Position numbers and translations under genes: made by a program. A stretch of DNA of 64,000 bases from Methanobacteriota archaeon. Lineage in GTDB: Archaea; Thermoplasmatota; Thermoplasmata; SG8-5; JAGLSY01. The notes beneath the pieces are model-generated. The model saw nothing but the letters and a program-made list of their open reading frames with translations. It had not been told where the DNA came from and ran no database searches. The stretch's first letter is position 1. Every line of letters starts with the position of its first letter. Below are positions 50,822 to 60,621 of the stretch, piece by piece. The DNA lies in the NCBI GenBank assembly GCA_020696385.1, contig JAEHCQ010000005.1, positions 8,311 to 72,310 of the forward strand, given 5' to 3'.

Positions 50822-53800
50822 ATGACCAAAATACTGAACAACCTTATCGTGCTAGTTATTTCAATTGTATTATTATCATCATCATTGACATTTGTTGGAG
50901 GGTTACAGCCTGCTGAAGATATCACACCAGCAGCAGAGCCAGAATCTCCTGGACTTGATTTGTTTGACCCATGGCCGACCTTCACAGGAACGACCGTCTA
51001 CCATTCATGGGATGAGGCAGAGGCCGAGATGCTACAGATCGCTCTGGACCATCCAGACATCGTACAGCTTACCAGCCTTACCAAGACCTGGGAGAACAGG
51101 GATGTCTGGGCCTTCAAGATATCCGACAATCCTACAGTGGAAGAGTCGGATGAGCCAGAGGTATTCTTCAATTCCCTACACCATGCCAGAGAGTGGATGA
51201 CCATCGAGATCGCGCTCTATGCGATCCATTTCCTGACTGACAATTATGGTATAAATGCCACAGTTACCGATATCGTGGACAATCGACAGATCTGGATAAT
51301 ACCTGTCGTCAATCCAGATGGAAGAGTGATCGACAGCCCAGGGGATGATCCAGCAGACCATACAGCTCAACCGTATGGTTGGAGGAAGAATGCCAGGGAC
51401 AATAATGGTGACATGGTCTTCAATGAGGCGGATGATGGTGTGGATCTCAATAGAAATTATGACTGGCTATGGGGATCTTCAGGCCAGCAATCGGATCCAA
51501 CGAACTACCTATATGGTGGGCCAACAGCCTTCTCTGAACCAGAGAGCATCGCGATACGGGACCTTTGCATAGAGCATGATTTTGTCTTTGCAGTTAACTA
51601 TCACACTTACAGCCAGCTCATTCTTTACCCATGGGGCTGGACATTTGAAGATACAGAGGATCATGATCTACTGGTCACTGTCGCATGGGATCTCGAAAGC
51701 AGGATCACCAATCTAGCGGGAAGCGCGCATGATGGTTATGTTCCCGAGCAGGGTGCGGATCTTTACCCCACTTCTGGTGGAACTGATGACTGGATGTACG
51801 GCAATCAGGGTATTCTTTCCTACACCATCGAGGCCTATCCATATTATGACTGGGGTGGCGGCGGACCTGAGAGCAGCGCGGCCATTCAGGAGCCATACGA
51901 CCTTTTCCATCCAAGAGAGGATAAGGTTCTGCCAGTCTGCCAGGATAATCTGCCAGCGATCATTCGATTATGCGAGATCGCTGATAATCCCTTCCAGGTG
52001 ATGGATCATATAGAGATATCCACAGTTGATGAAGAACTGGTCATCGAGAAGGGAACTGGGGATTCAACGACAATTGATCTTCTAAACAATGGCCAGGGAG
52101 ATGGTGACTACACGATAACAACCAGCTCGATAGCTGGCTGGTCGATAACTCCTTCCCCGGCAGCCAACAATATACTGAAAGATCAGACTGTACAGTCAAC
52201 ACTGAGCATCACGGTGCCAGGAGCAGCAACACCCGGTGAATATACCATCTGGGTGAATGTGTCGATGGATACGAATTCCAGCTGCACGGACTCATGCGAG
52301 GTCACCGTCATCGTGCCTTATTCCGATGACGTTGGCGTGGATTCCATATATCCCTTCGAGGAAATGGGGATCTACCCGATGGGCGAGTACCTGATCGATG
52401 GAACTGTCAAGAATTATGGCGAGTTCCAGGTTCCATCCTTTGACACCACCTGCACGATAACCCGATTTGGTGGTGGAACTAATTACAATCTATTCTCGGA
52501 TGACATGGAGAGCGGCATGACCCAGTGGGTGACTGAGGACTGGGATGGCACTCTTACTAATGACTACTGGCATACTGTATCATCCCGCAGCAATTCTCCA
52601 TCCAACAGTATGTTCTGTGGCCCGGCTACCAGCGGCTACACGATATATTCAAATCAATTCCTTACCATTGCTGACCCAATTGACTTAAGGGATGCGGAGA
52701 CCGCGACTCTCACCTACTGGACATGGCATGAGCTTGTGAACGATGGTTACGATGCGGACTTCTGTGTGGTAGAAGGCTCTGTGGACGGTGGCCATACGTG
52801 GAGCTTTATCGACCGCTACACAGGCGATGATATGACATGGAGGGAGCGAACTAATGACCTCACCAATTTCACTGGCTACCCCGAATTCCTGCTTCGATAC
52901 AGGTTCACATCAGACAATATGGATTATGGGGATACAGGTTTCTATTTCGATGACATAAGTATAGACGCGTTCATACCCGGCGAGACCGTGGTATTCGGCC
53001 CCACCATCCAGACCACAAGCGCACCACTGGACACGCAACTTACCGAGGATCTGCAATGGCAATATAACTTCGATCAGAGTGGCACATACAGAGTGTCCAT
53101 GGAGACCCAGTATGGTGCAGATGGCAATACAGCGAATGACCTGTTGGATGTCATATTCGATATAGGCAGCACACACCTGCCAGATTTCACAGGTGTGGAT
53201 GATGTCATCAATATCGGAACTGGGGATCAGCTTGACATTTACTGGAGCGCGGCAAATGATCCGAATTTGCCGATAACCTACAGCCTTTACAGATTTGACA
53301 ATTTACCAAACGAAGCGGAGGTTAACGCTTCGTCCGCCATATGGACTGGCACAGCTCTTTCCTACAGTGATAACAGTGTGACTGCCGGGGAGACCTATTT
53401 CTACATCGTGAGGGCGAGCGACGCCCTCGGCCAGGAGGAATGGAACATGCTGGCAATAGATGGGACACCATCCATTCAGTTATTGTTCCAGGTACAATCG
53501 CCAATGGCTGGCTTCCGCGATCTCAATCAAGATACCTTTGAATCATCCATACAGATTGCGACCAGCCCGGACATAACAGGCCCGGGACAGTATCAGGTCG
53601 GAGGGGCTGATGACCATTGGCTTTCCGAAGTTTATACCAATGCCCAGCAAATGGACGGCACATGGAAATTCAATATCTGGGGACAGATGAGCAATGACAT
53701 GGCCAACTCGAACCTTTATGCAAGGGTTTACAGATACAGCGATGATGGCCTTCTTTTCCAGACCGTACTGGATGATGAAGATACCAGTGCCTTCGCAGGT

Positions 53801-55048
53801 GCCTATCACGAATTCTCATGGGAGCATACGGTGGCAGGCGTCACATTGCCCGCCAGTGACAGGTTCTATGTGGAGATATGGCTGGATGCCTCAAGTGGCG
53901 CGGCAGGTCAGTCCGGGGAGACATTGAACCCGGACTTTACCGGAAGTGCCAGCAGCTGGACATATTATGATTGGGAAGATACAGGAGGAGGAGATTCTAC
54001 AGGAGCCTGGGCTGGCTCATATATCAATGTCAGACTGGATGATGCAAATACAGGAGGTTCATCCGAGCAGACATACTCAGGATACTGGGAGCAATCCTTC
54101 GACACTGGCACAGTTCCCAATTCAGCTTATATCGAGCTTGATTGGAGCTGTACGGAATTCGATGGTGGAACTGCGAACCTTATCGCATATGCCTTCATAG
54201 ATACCGCATCAGGCTTACCATCTGTCGGAACACAGGTCTGGAGCAGCGGCCAGATAACTGGAACTACTACATGGGCCTCAACTGCTCAGATCGATGTGAG
54301 CAGTGTGATGGGAACCGGCACCACTTATTATCTCAAGGTGGGTCTCAGAGATACAAATCTTGCAAAGAATGAGGGGCAGAGAGAGGTTGGCTTTGACAAT
54401 GTGAAAGTCGTTTACGGCACACCAGCGCCTGTCTTCACATTTGCTTTCGACCATCAAGCAACACCGTCCGGCATAGAGGCCGCCCTCACTTCCATAGGCG
54501 GCGGCATAACCTATGACATTGACCTTACTGGCATAGCCGCAGATACCTGGGTGATGGCATCCTTCCCGATATTTGCGACTGGAAACCCGACCACGATCAT
54601 CGATGATGCACTTCACGGGGACGCGAACACCACATGGGATATCATCATGTGGTATGATGCCAATGATACAGACCACTGGAAGTCATATGATAAGACGCAG
54701 GCAGCTGCCGGAATTCCACAGGATCTACTAACCATTGACAATCAATATGGATTCTGGATACACATCACGTCCAATTCAGGTGATGAGCTACTGTCCATCG
54801 GAACGGGCAATCAACCCGCAACATCCAGCATAATTCTGGAAGCTGGATGGAACCTTGTTGGATATCCATCCGCCACCCCAAGGCAGGCAGATGCAACACT
54901 GCCTGGCGAGGTAACTATGATCGCCTTCTACAACGATGCACAGGCATATTCTATACAGGAATTGCCACTTGCCTCGGTGACAATGGAAAGTGGAAATGCA
55001 TACTGGGTGTATTCGACAGTGATGGTGCAGTGGGATGTGGACTGGTAA
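50822..55048 (+). CDS. secreted M14 zinc carboxypeptidase (carboxypeptidase T-like) with multiple beta-sandwich/FN3 domains
   Basis: Signal peptide, HHAREW, NPDG, WRKN, GVDLNRNY, NYHTYSQ, TIE. Confidence 0.92.
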   Translation: MTKILNNLIVLVISIVLLSSSLTFVGGLQPAEDITPAAEPESPGLDLFDPWPTFTGTTVYHSWDEAEAEMLQIALDHPDIVQLTSLTKTWENRDVWAFKISDNPTVEESDEPEVFFNSLHHAREWMTIEIALYAIHFLTDNYGINATVTDIVDNRQIWIIPVVNPDGRVIDSPGDDPADHTAQPYGWRKNARDNNGDMVFNEADDGVDLNRNYDWLWGSSGQQSDPTNYLYGGPTAFSEPESIAIRDLCIEHDFVFAVNYHTYSQLILYPWGWTFEDTEDHDLLVTVAWDLESRITNLAGSAHDGYVPEQGADLYPTSGGTDDWMYGNQGILSYTIEAYPYYDWGGGGPESSAAIQEPYDLFHPREDKVLPVCQDNLPAIIRLCEIADNPFQVMDHIEISTVDEELVIEKGTGDSTTIDLLNNGQGDGDYTITTSSIAGWSITPSPAANNILKDQTVQSTLSITVPGAATPGEYTIWVNVSMDTNSSCTDSCEVTVIVPYSDDVGVDSIYPFEEMGIYPMGEYLIDGTVKNYGEFQVPSFDTTCTITRFGGGTNYNLFSDDMESGMTQWVTEDWDGTLTNDYWHTVSSRSNSPSNSMFCGPATSGYTIYSNQFLTIADPIDLRDAETATLTYWTWHELVNDGYDADFCVVEGSVDGGHTWSFIDRYTGDDMTWRERTNDLTNFTGYPEFLLRYRFTSDNMDYGDTGFYFDDISIDAFIPGETVVFGPTIQTTSAPLDTQLTEDLQWQYNFDQSGTYRVSMETQYGADGNTANDLLDVIFDIGSTHLPDFTGVDDVINIGTGDQLDIYWSAANDPNLPITYSLYRFDNLPNEAEVNASSAIWTGTALSYSDNSVTAGETYFYIVRASDALGQEEWNMLAIDGTPSIQLLFQVQSPMAGFRDLNQDTFESSIQIATSPDITGPGQYQVGGADDHWLSEVYTNAQQMDGTWKFNIWGQMSNDMANSNLYARVYRYSDDGLLFQTVLDDEDTSAFAGAYHEFSWEHTVAGVTLPASDRFYVEIWLDASSGAAGQSGETLNPDFTGSASSWTYYDWEDTGGGDSTGAWAGSYINVRLDDANTGGSSEQTYSGYWEQSFDTGTVPNSAYIELDWSCTEFDGGTANLIAYAFIDTASGLPSVGTQVWSSGQITGTTTWASTAQIDVSSVMGTGTTYYLKVGLRDTNLAKNEGQREVGFDNVKVVYGTPAPVFTFAFDHQATPSGIEAALTSIGGGITYDIDLTGIAADTWVMASFPIFATGNPTTIIDDALHGDANTTWDIIMWYDANDTDHWKSYDKTQAAAGIPQDLLTIDNQYGFWIHITSNSGDELLSIGTGNQPATSSIILEAGWNLVGYPSATPRQADATLPGEVTMIAFYNDAQAYSIQELPLASVTMESGNAYWVYSTVMVQWDVDW

Positions 55049-55069
55049 TGCTAGCGATGAAGATATAGC

Positions 55070-55819
55070 TCAAACATTAATATGCTGACAATCGCCTGCT
55101 AAAACAATTTCAGTAGAACCATCTTCCAGCTCCAGAATAAGCGCGCCTTTATCATCAATGTCCTTCGCAGTACCAGCAAGCTCATCCATCTGCCTCAGTA
55201 TTAGGACCTTCTTGCCGAGGGTGTCGGCCATATCCCTCCACTCATTCAGTATCTCTTTGTCTTTACCTTCAAGAGCCATATTGTAAAAACGCTCCAGCTC
55301 GCAAATAAGCTGGATCTCCAATTGCTTGATCTCGGTCTGGCTGCCTTTTTCCTCGATGATAGAGGTGGATACCGGGCTGAACTCATAACCTTCTTGAACA
55401 TTATTATTGACATTGATGCCCATTCCGATGATGACCCAGCGATTATCCTCGTGTAATATCGACTCTGCCAGTATCCCGGACATCTTTTTCCCGTTTATCA
55501 TAACATCATTGGGCCATTTTAATCTGGCATCAAGGCCGGACACTGCATTCACTGCCCTTGCGACTGCACAGCCAGCCATCAATGGGAGAATACCGAGCTT
55601 ATCGCCTACAAGGCCGCCTTTCGGCTTGAGAGCCACCGACACCCAGAGTCCACCCTTGGGAGACTCCCAGACGCGCTCCAGACGTCCTTTACCACCCGTC
55701 TGGATTTCGGATATGACCAGGGTGCCTTCCTCCGCACCCTGGCCTATCAGCTCTTTGGCGTATTCATTGGTCGAACCAACCTCCTCGAGGCGCACAACTA
55801 TCTTGCCGATCTCGGTCAT
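55070..55819 (-). CDS. birA: biotin--protein ligase (no HTH)
   Basis: STN, QTGGKGR, WESPKGG, LKWPND, KKMSGIL. Confidence 0.95.
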   Translation of the reverse strand: MTEIGKIVVRLEEVGSTNEYAKELIGQGAEEGTLVISEIQTGGKGRLERVWESPKGGLWVSVALKPKGGLVGDKLGILPLMAGCAVARAVNAVSGLDARLKWPNDVMINGKKMSGILAESILHEDNRWVIIGMGINVNNNVQEGYEFSPVSTSIIEEKGSQTEIKQLEIQLICELERFYNMALEGKDKEILNEWRDMADTLGKKVLILRQMDELAGTAKDIDDKGALILELEDGSTEIVLAGDCQHINV

Positions 55820-55843
55820 GGAAAACCACCTTTCATTCAGATA

Positions 55844-56206
55844 CTATTTCTTTTTCTTCTCTTCTTTATTGAAGATACTGAATGTTCCTGGTGTGGAGAC
55901 AGTTATGAATATTGCTTCACTGGTTCCCTTGTTCTTAGCCCAATGTGTGTCATCCGAATGGTGGAAGAGCGTGTCCCCTTCCTGGAAGATGAACTTCTCA
56001 TCTCCAACATGGTATTCTAATTCTCCTTTTACCATAAATTTTATCTCTTTACCTTTGTGGGAAAAACCCTGGGTCTTGCATTGAGGTAGAATATGAGTGA
56101 CAGTGGCTTCCATCTTTTCCTTCATCACGATATTCCTGTAAAGCACACCTGTTCTCTTCTCATCCTTCAATGACTCCCCTTTCTTCATAAGTACTGTATT
56201 TGCCAT
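55844..56206 (-). CDS. cupin domain protein
   Basis: HKGKEIKFMVKGELEY..EGDTLFH..HWAKN. Confidence 0.85.
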   Translation of the reverse strand: MANTVLMKKGESLKDEKRTGVLYRNIVMKEKMEATVTHILPQCKTQGFSHKGKEIKFMVKGELEYHVGDEKFIFQEGDTLFHHSDDTHWAKNKGTSEAIFITVSTPGTFSIFNKEEKKKK

Positions 56207-56341
56207 AAAATCTTCACCTTGTATGTATATGGATGCCGAATTATTTAAATGTTAAGCATGCACGCCCTAATTTAGTGAGTGGTAAATATATTAAAATAAA
56301 TATAATGTTAAATAAATATTTATTAGATTATTATTTTAATC

Positions 56342-56452
56342 TCAGTAACGAGCCAGCGCCCTGGATCCACATTCGGGACATTTGCCCATGCCACTGATGT
56401 ATTCCTTCCAATTATTGCGCATCCATGTATGTTTACATTTTAGACATTTCAT
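56342..56452 (-). CDS. 36-aa zinc-ribbon microprotein (not in ORF track)
   Basis: MKCLKCKHTWMRNNWKEYISGMGKCPECGSRALARY*; two CxxC pairs; TATA-like box upstream. Confidence 0.75.
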   Translation of the reverse strand: MKCLKCKHTWMRNNWKEYISGMGKCPECGSRALARY

Positions 56453-56596
56453 AGTATCATATTCAAAGTTATGTATATTCTTATATATAAGGATGGCTTG
56501 GGAATTCCCAGATGTACCCACTGATGTATTCCTTCCAATTATTGCGCATCCATGTGTGTTTACATTTTAGACATTTCATAGTATCATATTCAAAGT
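56391..56596 (-). repeat. 79-bp direct repeat (period 127) duplicating the 5' part of the microprotein gene
   Basis: 56391-56469 vs 56518-56596, one synonymous mismatch. Confidence 0.9.
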
Positions 56597-56603
56597 AAAA
56601 TTT

Positions 56604-56631
56604 ATGAAAGGCCAGTTATCTGGCCTTTCAT
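56604..56631 (-). terminator. hairpin after pycA
   Basis: ATGAAAGGCCAG-ttat-CTGGCCTTTCAT perfect 12-bp stem. Confidence 0.6.
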
Positions 56632-56648
56632 ATTATTCATGGTATAGA

Positions 56649-58094
56649 TCATCCCTGGCTTGCAGCTATCACAGTCTGAACAGCGGCCATTGCGGCGGCA
56701 GTTTTCTTATTGCCACCCTGTGCCCGCTTTTCTTCCATGTACTTGGCCACCTTAGCCATGATGTCATTGTTCTCGATATAGCTGGTATTATAGATACCGG
56801 CTTTGAACACTGGGTCATTCATGACGACCTCGTGGAATGGTATATTCGTTTTCATTCCACCTATCTGGTATTCCCAAAGTGCGCGCTTCATCCTCTCGAT
56901 AGCACGTGGGCGATCTTCTGCCCAAACAATTAGCTTGGCTGCCATTGAATCGTAGTATGGTGGGAAATCCAATCCCTGATAGACACCGGAGTCCACCCTA
57001 ACACCTGGCCCTGATGGCTCGGCGTATTTGACGATCTTGCCAGGTGATGGCATGAAGCCATTCGCTGGATCTTCAGCATTTATACGGCATTCTATGGAAT
57101 GACCCCTGCATATGATATCAGATTGCTCGTATTCCAGCTCCAGACCTGAAGCAACTCTCAGTTGTTCCCTGGCCAGGTCCACACCTGTTATCATCTCGGT
57201 TATAGGATGCTCGACCTGAAGCCTTGTGTTCATTTCCAGGAAGTAGAATTGTCCATCCTTGTACATGAACTCACAAGTTCCTGCATTCCAATATCCTGCG
57301 GTCTTGGCGGCCAGAACTGCCTGCTTCCCCATTTCCTCGCGTATTTCCTCAGATATCGCCTGGCTGGGGGTTTCCTCAATGAGCTTCTGGTTCCTTCTCT
57401 GGACACTGCATTCTCTGTCAAGGACATGGATGATATTACCTTGTTTGTCTCCGATCACCTGGAATTCAACGTGATGAGGCTCGTGAATGTATTTCTCGAT
57501 AAATACAGAATCATCCCCGAAAGAGCTTTTTGCCAGTCTTCTGACCTTTGCCAGCTCTTCTTCAATGTCCTCTGCTCGATCCACTCTGACTATACCGATC
57601 CCTCCGCCGCCAGCACTTGCCTTGAGCATCAATGGGAATCCGATCTCATGGGCTATATCCAATGCCTTTTGATGGTCGGTTATAGCCTCGGTGACACCTG
57701 CCACCACGCTAACACCTGCCTTGATCATACTCTTTTTTGAATCTATCTTCGAGCACATGAGTTCCATGGATGGCACTGGAGGTCCAATGAATTCGATATT
57801 GTTCTTCGCACACATGGTGGCGAATTCAAAATCCTCGGCCATGAAACCATAGCCAGGGTGAATACCATCGGCCCCTGTGTCGAGTGCGGCCTGGATTATC
57901 TTATCCTTGACAAGGTAGCTCTGAGCTGCTGGTGCAGGCCCTATGTGAACCTTCTCATCAGCGTATCTTGTAAAAAGAGCTGACTTGTCTGCATCGGAGT
58001 AAACTGCAACTGTTGGTATACCCAATTCCTTGCAGGCCCTCATTATCCTTATCGCTATTTCTCCTCGGTTCGCGATGAGTACTTTGCTGAGCAT
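56649..58094 (-). CDS. pycA: biotin carboxylase (pyruvate carboxylase subunit A)
   Basis: LIANRGEIA, HPGYGF, KASAGGGG, RECSVQRR, EMNTRLQVEH, RINAED, YYDSM. Confidence 0.9.
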   Translation of the reverse strand: MLSKVLIANRGEIAIRIMRACKELGIPTVAVYSDADKSALFTRYADEKVHIGPAPAAQSYLVKDKIIQAALDTGADGIHPGYGFMAEDFEFATMCAKNNIEFIGPPVPSMELMCSKIDSKKSMIKAGVSVVAGVTEAITDHQKALDIAHEIGFPLMLKASAGGGGIGIVRVDRAEDIEEELAKVRRLAKSSFGDDSVFIEKYIHEPHHVEFQVIGDKQGNIIHVLDRECSVQRRNQKLIEETPSQAISEEIREEMGKQAVLAAKTAGYWNAGTCEFMYKDGQFYFLEMNTRLQVEHPITEMITGVDLAREQLRVASGLELEYEQSDIICRGHSIECRINAEDPANGFMPSPGKIVKYAEPSGPGVRVDSGVYQGLDFPPYYDSMAAKLIVWAEDRPRAIERMKRALWEYQIGGMKTNIPFHEVVMNDPVFKAGIYNTSYIENNDIMAKVAKYMEEKRAQGGNKKTAAAMAAVQTVIAASQG

Positions 58095-58103
58095 GTGGCT
58101 CCC

Positions 58104-59945
58104 TCACTCGATTCTCATCATGACATCGCCAGTTTTGACCATGTCACCTTCATTGGCGTAGATCTCTTTGACCTCACCATCGAAGTCCGATTCGATATTA
58201 GATTCCATTTTCATGACCTCGAGGATAGCGACAACATCGCCCTTCTTGACCTTGTCACCGACCTTGACGGTCAGCTTCCAGAGATTTCCCTGGCATCCAG
58301 TCTTCTGCATTCCGATTGCATTTGGATCAGGTCCGCCTGTTGCACATGGTGCTCCAGCGGCTCCACCAGCAGATGTGACGTAACCGCCTGTTGGCTCAAC
58401 CTTTACCTCAAAGAAGTCTCCGTCAACCTCGACATTGAACTCGGTTGGGATAGGTGCTGGTCCTGCGACAGTTCTTGCCTCTGGTGGTTCGGTCTCAAGG
58501 TAAACAGCTGGCAATTCGGGGAAGAAGGACTTCACCATGGCTCTGGTAGCATCATGATCCTTGTTGAGTGGAAGCTGGTCTGATGTGAATTCTGGTATAG
58601 CCTCACCCTTCAGGAATTTGAGCCCAACTTCAGGGAACAAAGTGTATGTCATTATGTTCTCGTCGGTCATATCGATACTTGGAGCAAGCTCTGCCAGTTC
58701 TTTCTTTCTGATATCCCACATGTCCTTTGCCACAAGGTCTGCCGGCCTGCAATCGATTACCTGATCTTTCCAATCAGGTCCGAGAACCAATTCCATGATC
58801 TCTGGTTTTATTGGTGCTGGTGATTTGCCATACATACCCTTACAGTAATCGATTGTCTCCTTGGGTATTTTCTTATATCTTCCGAAAAGAACGTTCATAA
58901 CAGACTGGACTCCAACAACCTGACTCGTTGGTGTAACAAGTGGTGGGTATCCCATTTCCTCACGTACGCGGGCTGTTTCATCAAGAACATCATAATATTT
59001 GTCAGTCGCACCCTGCATTTCCAGCTGGCTGACCAGATTGGAAAGCATTCCACCTGGTATCTGATGTACCATAACGGATGGATCGACCTTCATAGCTTCC
59101 TGGCGTATCAGATGTCTGTATTTGTGCCAGATCTCCATGAAATATTTTCTGATCTCGATAAGCTGGTGCATATCGTATCCGGTGTCATATTTTGTGCCTT
59201 TAAGTGCAGCCACAACACTCTCTGTTGGAACTCCACCTGTCCCGCCAGATATAGGTGACATGGACGTGTCGAGCACATCGACGCCTGCCTCACAGGCTGC
59301 CCAATATGCCATACCAGTCATTCCACTGGTGTAATGGCTGTGCAGATCGATAGGAGCTTTTGCTCCAGAATCCTTGTAACCCTTGATTATATCATATGCA
59401 ACCTGTGGAGCTATCATTCCAGCCATGTCCTTTATACAAACACTCTGGCAACCCCATTTGTCAAGCTGAATAAGATCTTGAACATACCTCTCCACAGTGT
59501 GAACCGGAGAGATCGTGTAGCTGACACATCCCTGTGCGTGACCTCCGACCTCCAATGTGGCCTCTATCGGGGTCTTCATGTTCCTAAGATCGTTCAGAGC
59601 ATCGAATATACGGAAATAATCACATCCATTCTTCTTTGCCAATCCGATGAACTTATGAACTACCTCATCAGGGAAATTCCAATATGCCACGATATTCATG
59701 GCTCTCTCAAGCATCTGTAGTTTTGTATTTGGCATGGCCTCTCGGAGAGCTCTCAAGCGCTCCCAGGGATCCTCATTAAGGAACCTTATCGGAACATCAT
59801 ATGTTGCTCCGCCCCATACTTCCATGGACCAGAATCCTATCTCATCCATTTTCTGTGCTATTGGAAGCATGTCTTCCGTTCTCATTCTCGTTGCCAAAAT
59901 AGATTGGTGCGCATCCCTCAGTGTCTGATCGTGTAGTTGTACCAT
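58104..59945 (-). CDS. pycB: pyruvate carboxylase subunit B / oxaloacetate decarboxylase alpha with biotinyl domain
   Basis: LRDAHQS, WGGATYD, EDPWERL, IKDMAG, HSH, HQIPGGM, VTPTSQ, EVMKM. Confidence 0.9.
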   Translation of the reverse strand: MVQLHDQTLRDAHQSILATRMRTEDMLPIAQKMDEIGFWSMEVWGGATYDVPIRFLNEDPWERLRALREAMPNTKLQMLERAMNIVAYWNFPDEVVHKFIGLAKKNGCDYFRIFDALNDLRNMKTPIEATLEVGGHAQGCVSYTISPVHTVERYVQDLIQLDKWGCQSVCIKDMAGMIAPQVAYDIIKGYKDSGAKAPIDLHSHYTSGMTGMAYWAACEAGVDVLDTSMSPISGGTGGVPTESVVAALKGTKYDTGYDMHQLIEIRKYFMEIWHKYRHLIRQEAMKVDPSVMVHQIPGGMLSNLVSQLEMQGATDKYYDVLDETARVREEMGYPPLVTPTSQVVGVQSVMNVLFGRYKKIPKETIDYCKGMYGKSPAPIKPEIMELVLGPDWKDQVIDCRPADLVAKDMWDIRKKELAELAPSIDMTDENIMTYTLFPEVGLKFLKGEAIPEFTSDQLPLNKDHDATRAMVKSFFPELPAVYLETEPPEARTVAGPAPIPTEFNVEVDGDFFEVKVEPTGGYVTSAGGAAGAPCATGGPDPNAIGMQKTGCQGNLWKLTVKVGDKVKKGDVVAILEVMKMESNIESDFDGEVKEIYANEGDMVKTGDVMMRIE

Positions 59946-60126
59946 ATTACATACCTTCAGGTCTATTGTAAGTCCCCTATGGGGACCTTTCTGAACAGGG
60001 GCGTATCCATCATTGTATGTTTAAGCTTTTCTGTAATTATAATTATATATATGTGTGTAAAAATTATATGCATTTATTTATCGCACCTATGAAAAAGAAT
60101 ATAATACATTAACTTATTACAGAGGA

Positions 60127-60585
60127 TTGGTGGTAAGTATCTCATCAGAGGAGGAGAATGCAATTTTATCGGAGAAGATAGAGGCAGATGACGATCAGTC
60201 ATTATGCCCCATGTGCGGAGCAGATCTATCGATAGATGCGATAGAATGTCCGGAATGTGGTGAACCATTTTCCCCAGAGGCTTTCCATAAAGACCCAGAA
60301 GCGGAAAAGAAAAAGAAGACCAATAAGAAAATGTTCATAACGGGCGTTATCTTGGTCCTGATAGGCGGCCCAGGGGTATCTTTTGGTTCATGGTTGCATG
60401 ATCTATTGCAGATCCCATTCCCATCAGGATACGATGCCTGGACTACCTTTGGATGGGTCAATAAAACAGTTGCCACTGTCGGAATTGTTATATTAGTGAT
60501 TGGTATTATACTGCTGATATTATCCATATCCAGGGAGAGGCCTGAGGATTTCGTAGAGGATCAAGAGCTCTACGGAGGAAACTAG
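60127..60585 (+). CDS. zinc-ribbon membrane protein
   Basis: CPMCG..CPECG followed by a TM hairpin. Confidence 0.8.
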   Translation: MVVSISSEEENAILSEKIEADDDQSLCPMCGADLSIDAIECPECGEPFSPEAFHKDPEAEKKKKTNKKMFITGVILVLIGGPGVSFGSWLHDLLQIPFPSGYDAWTTFGWVNKTVATVGIVILVIGIILLILSISRERPEDFVEDQELYGGN

Positions 60586-60621
60586 GGAGAGGTTATTATT
60601 CCAGAAGACGAGACGAGTGAA

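Noticed and set aside
55407-56084. 225-aa plus-strand ORF and similar overlapping ORFs elsewhere
   Set aside because: Antisense to well-supported genes (birA, cupin) and lacking recognisable motifs.
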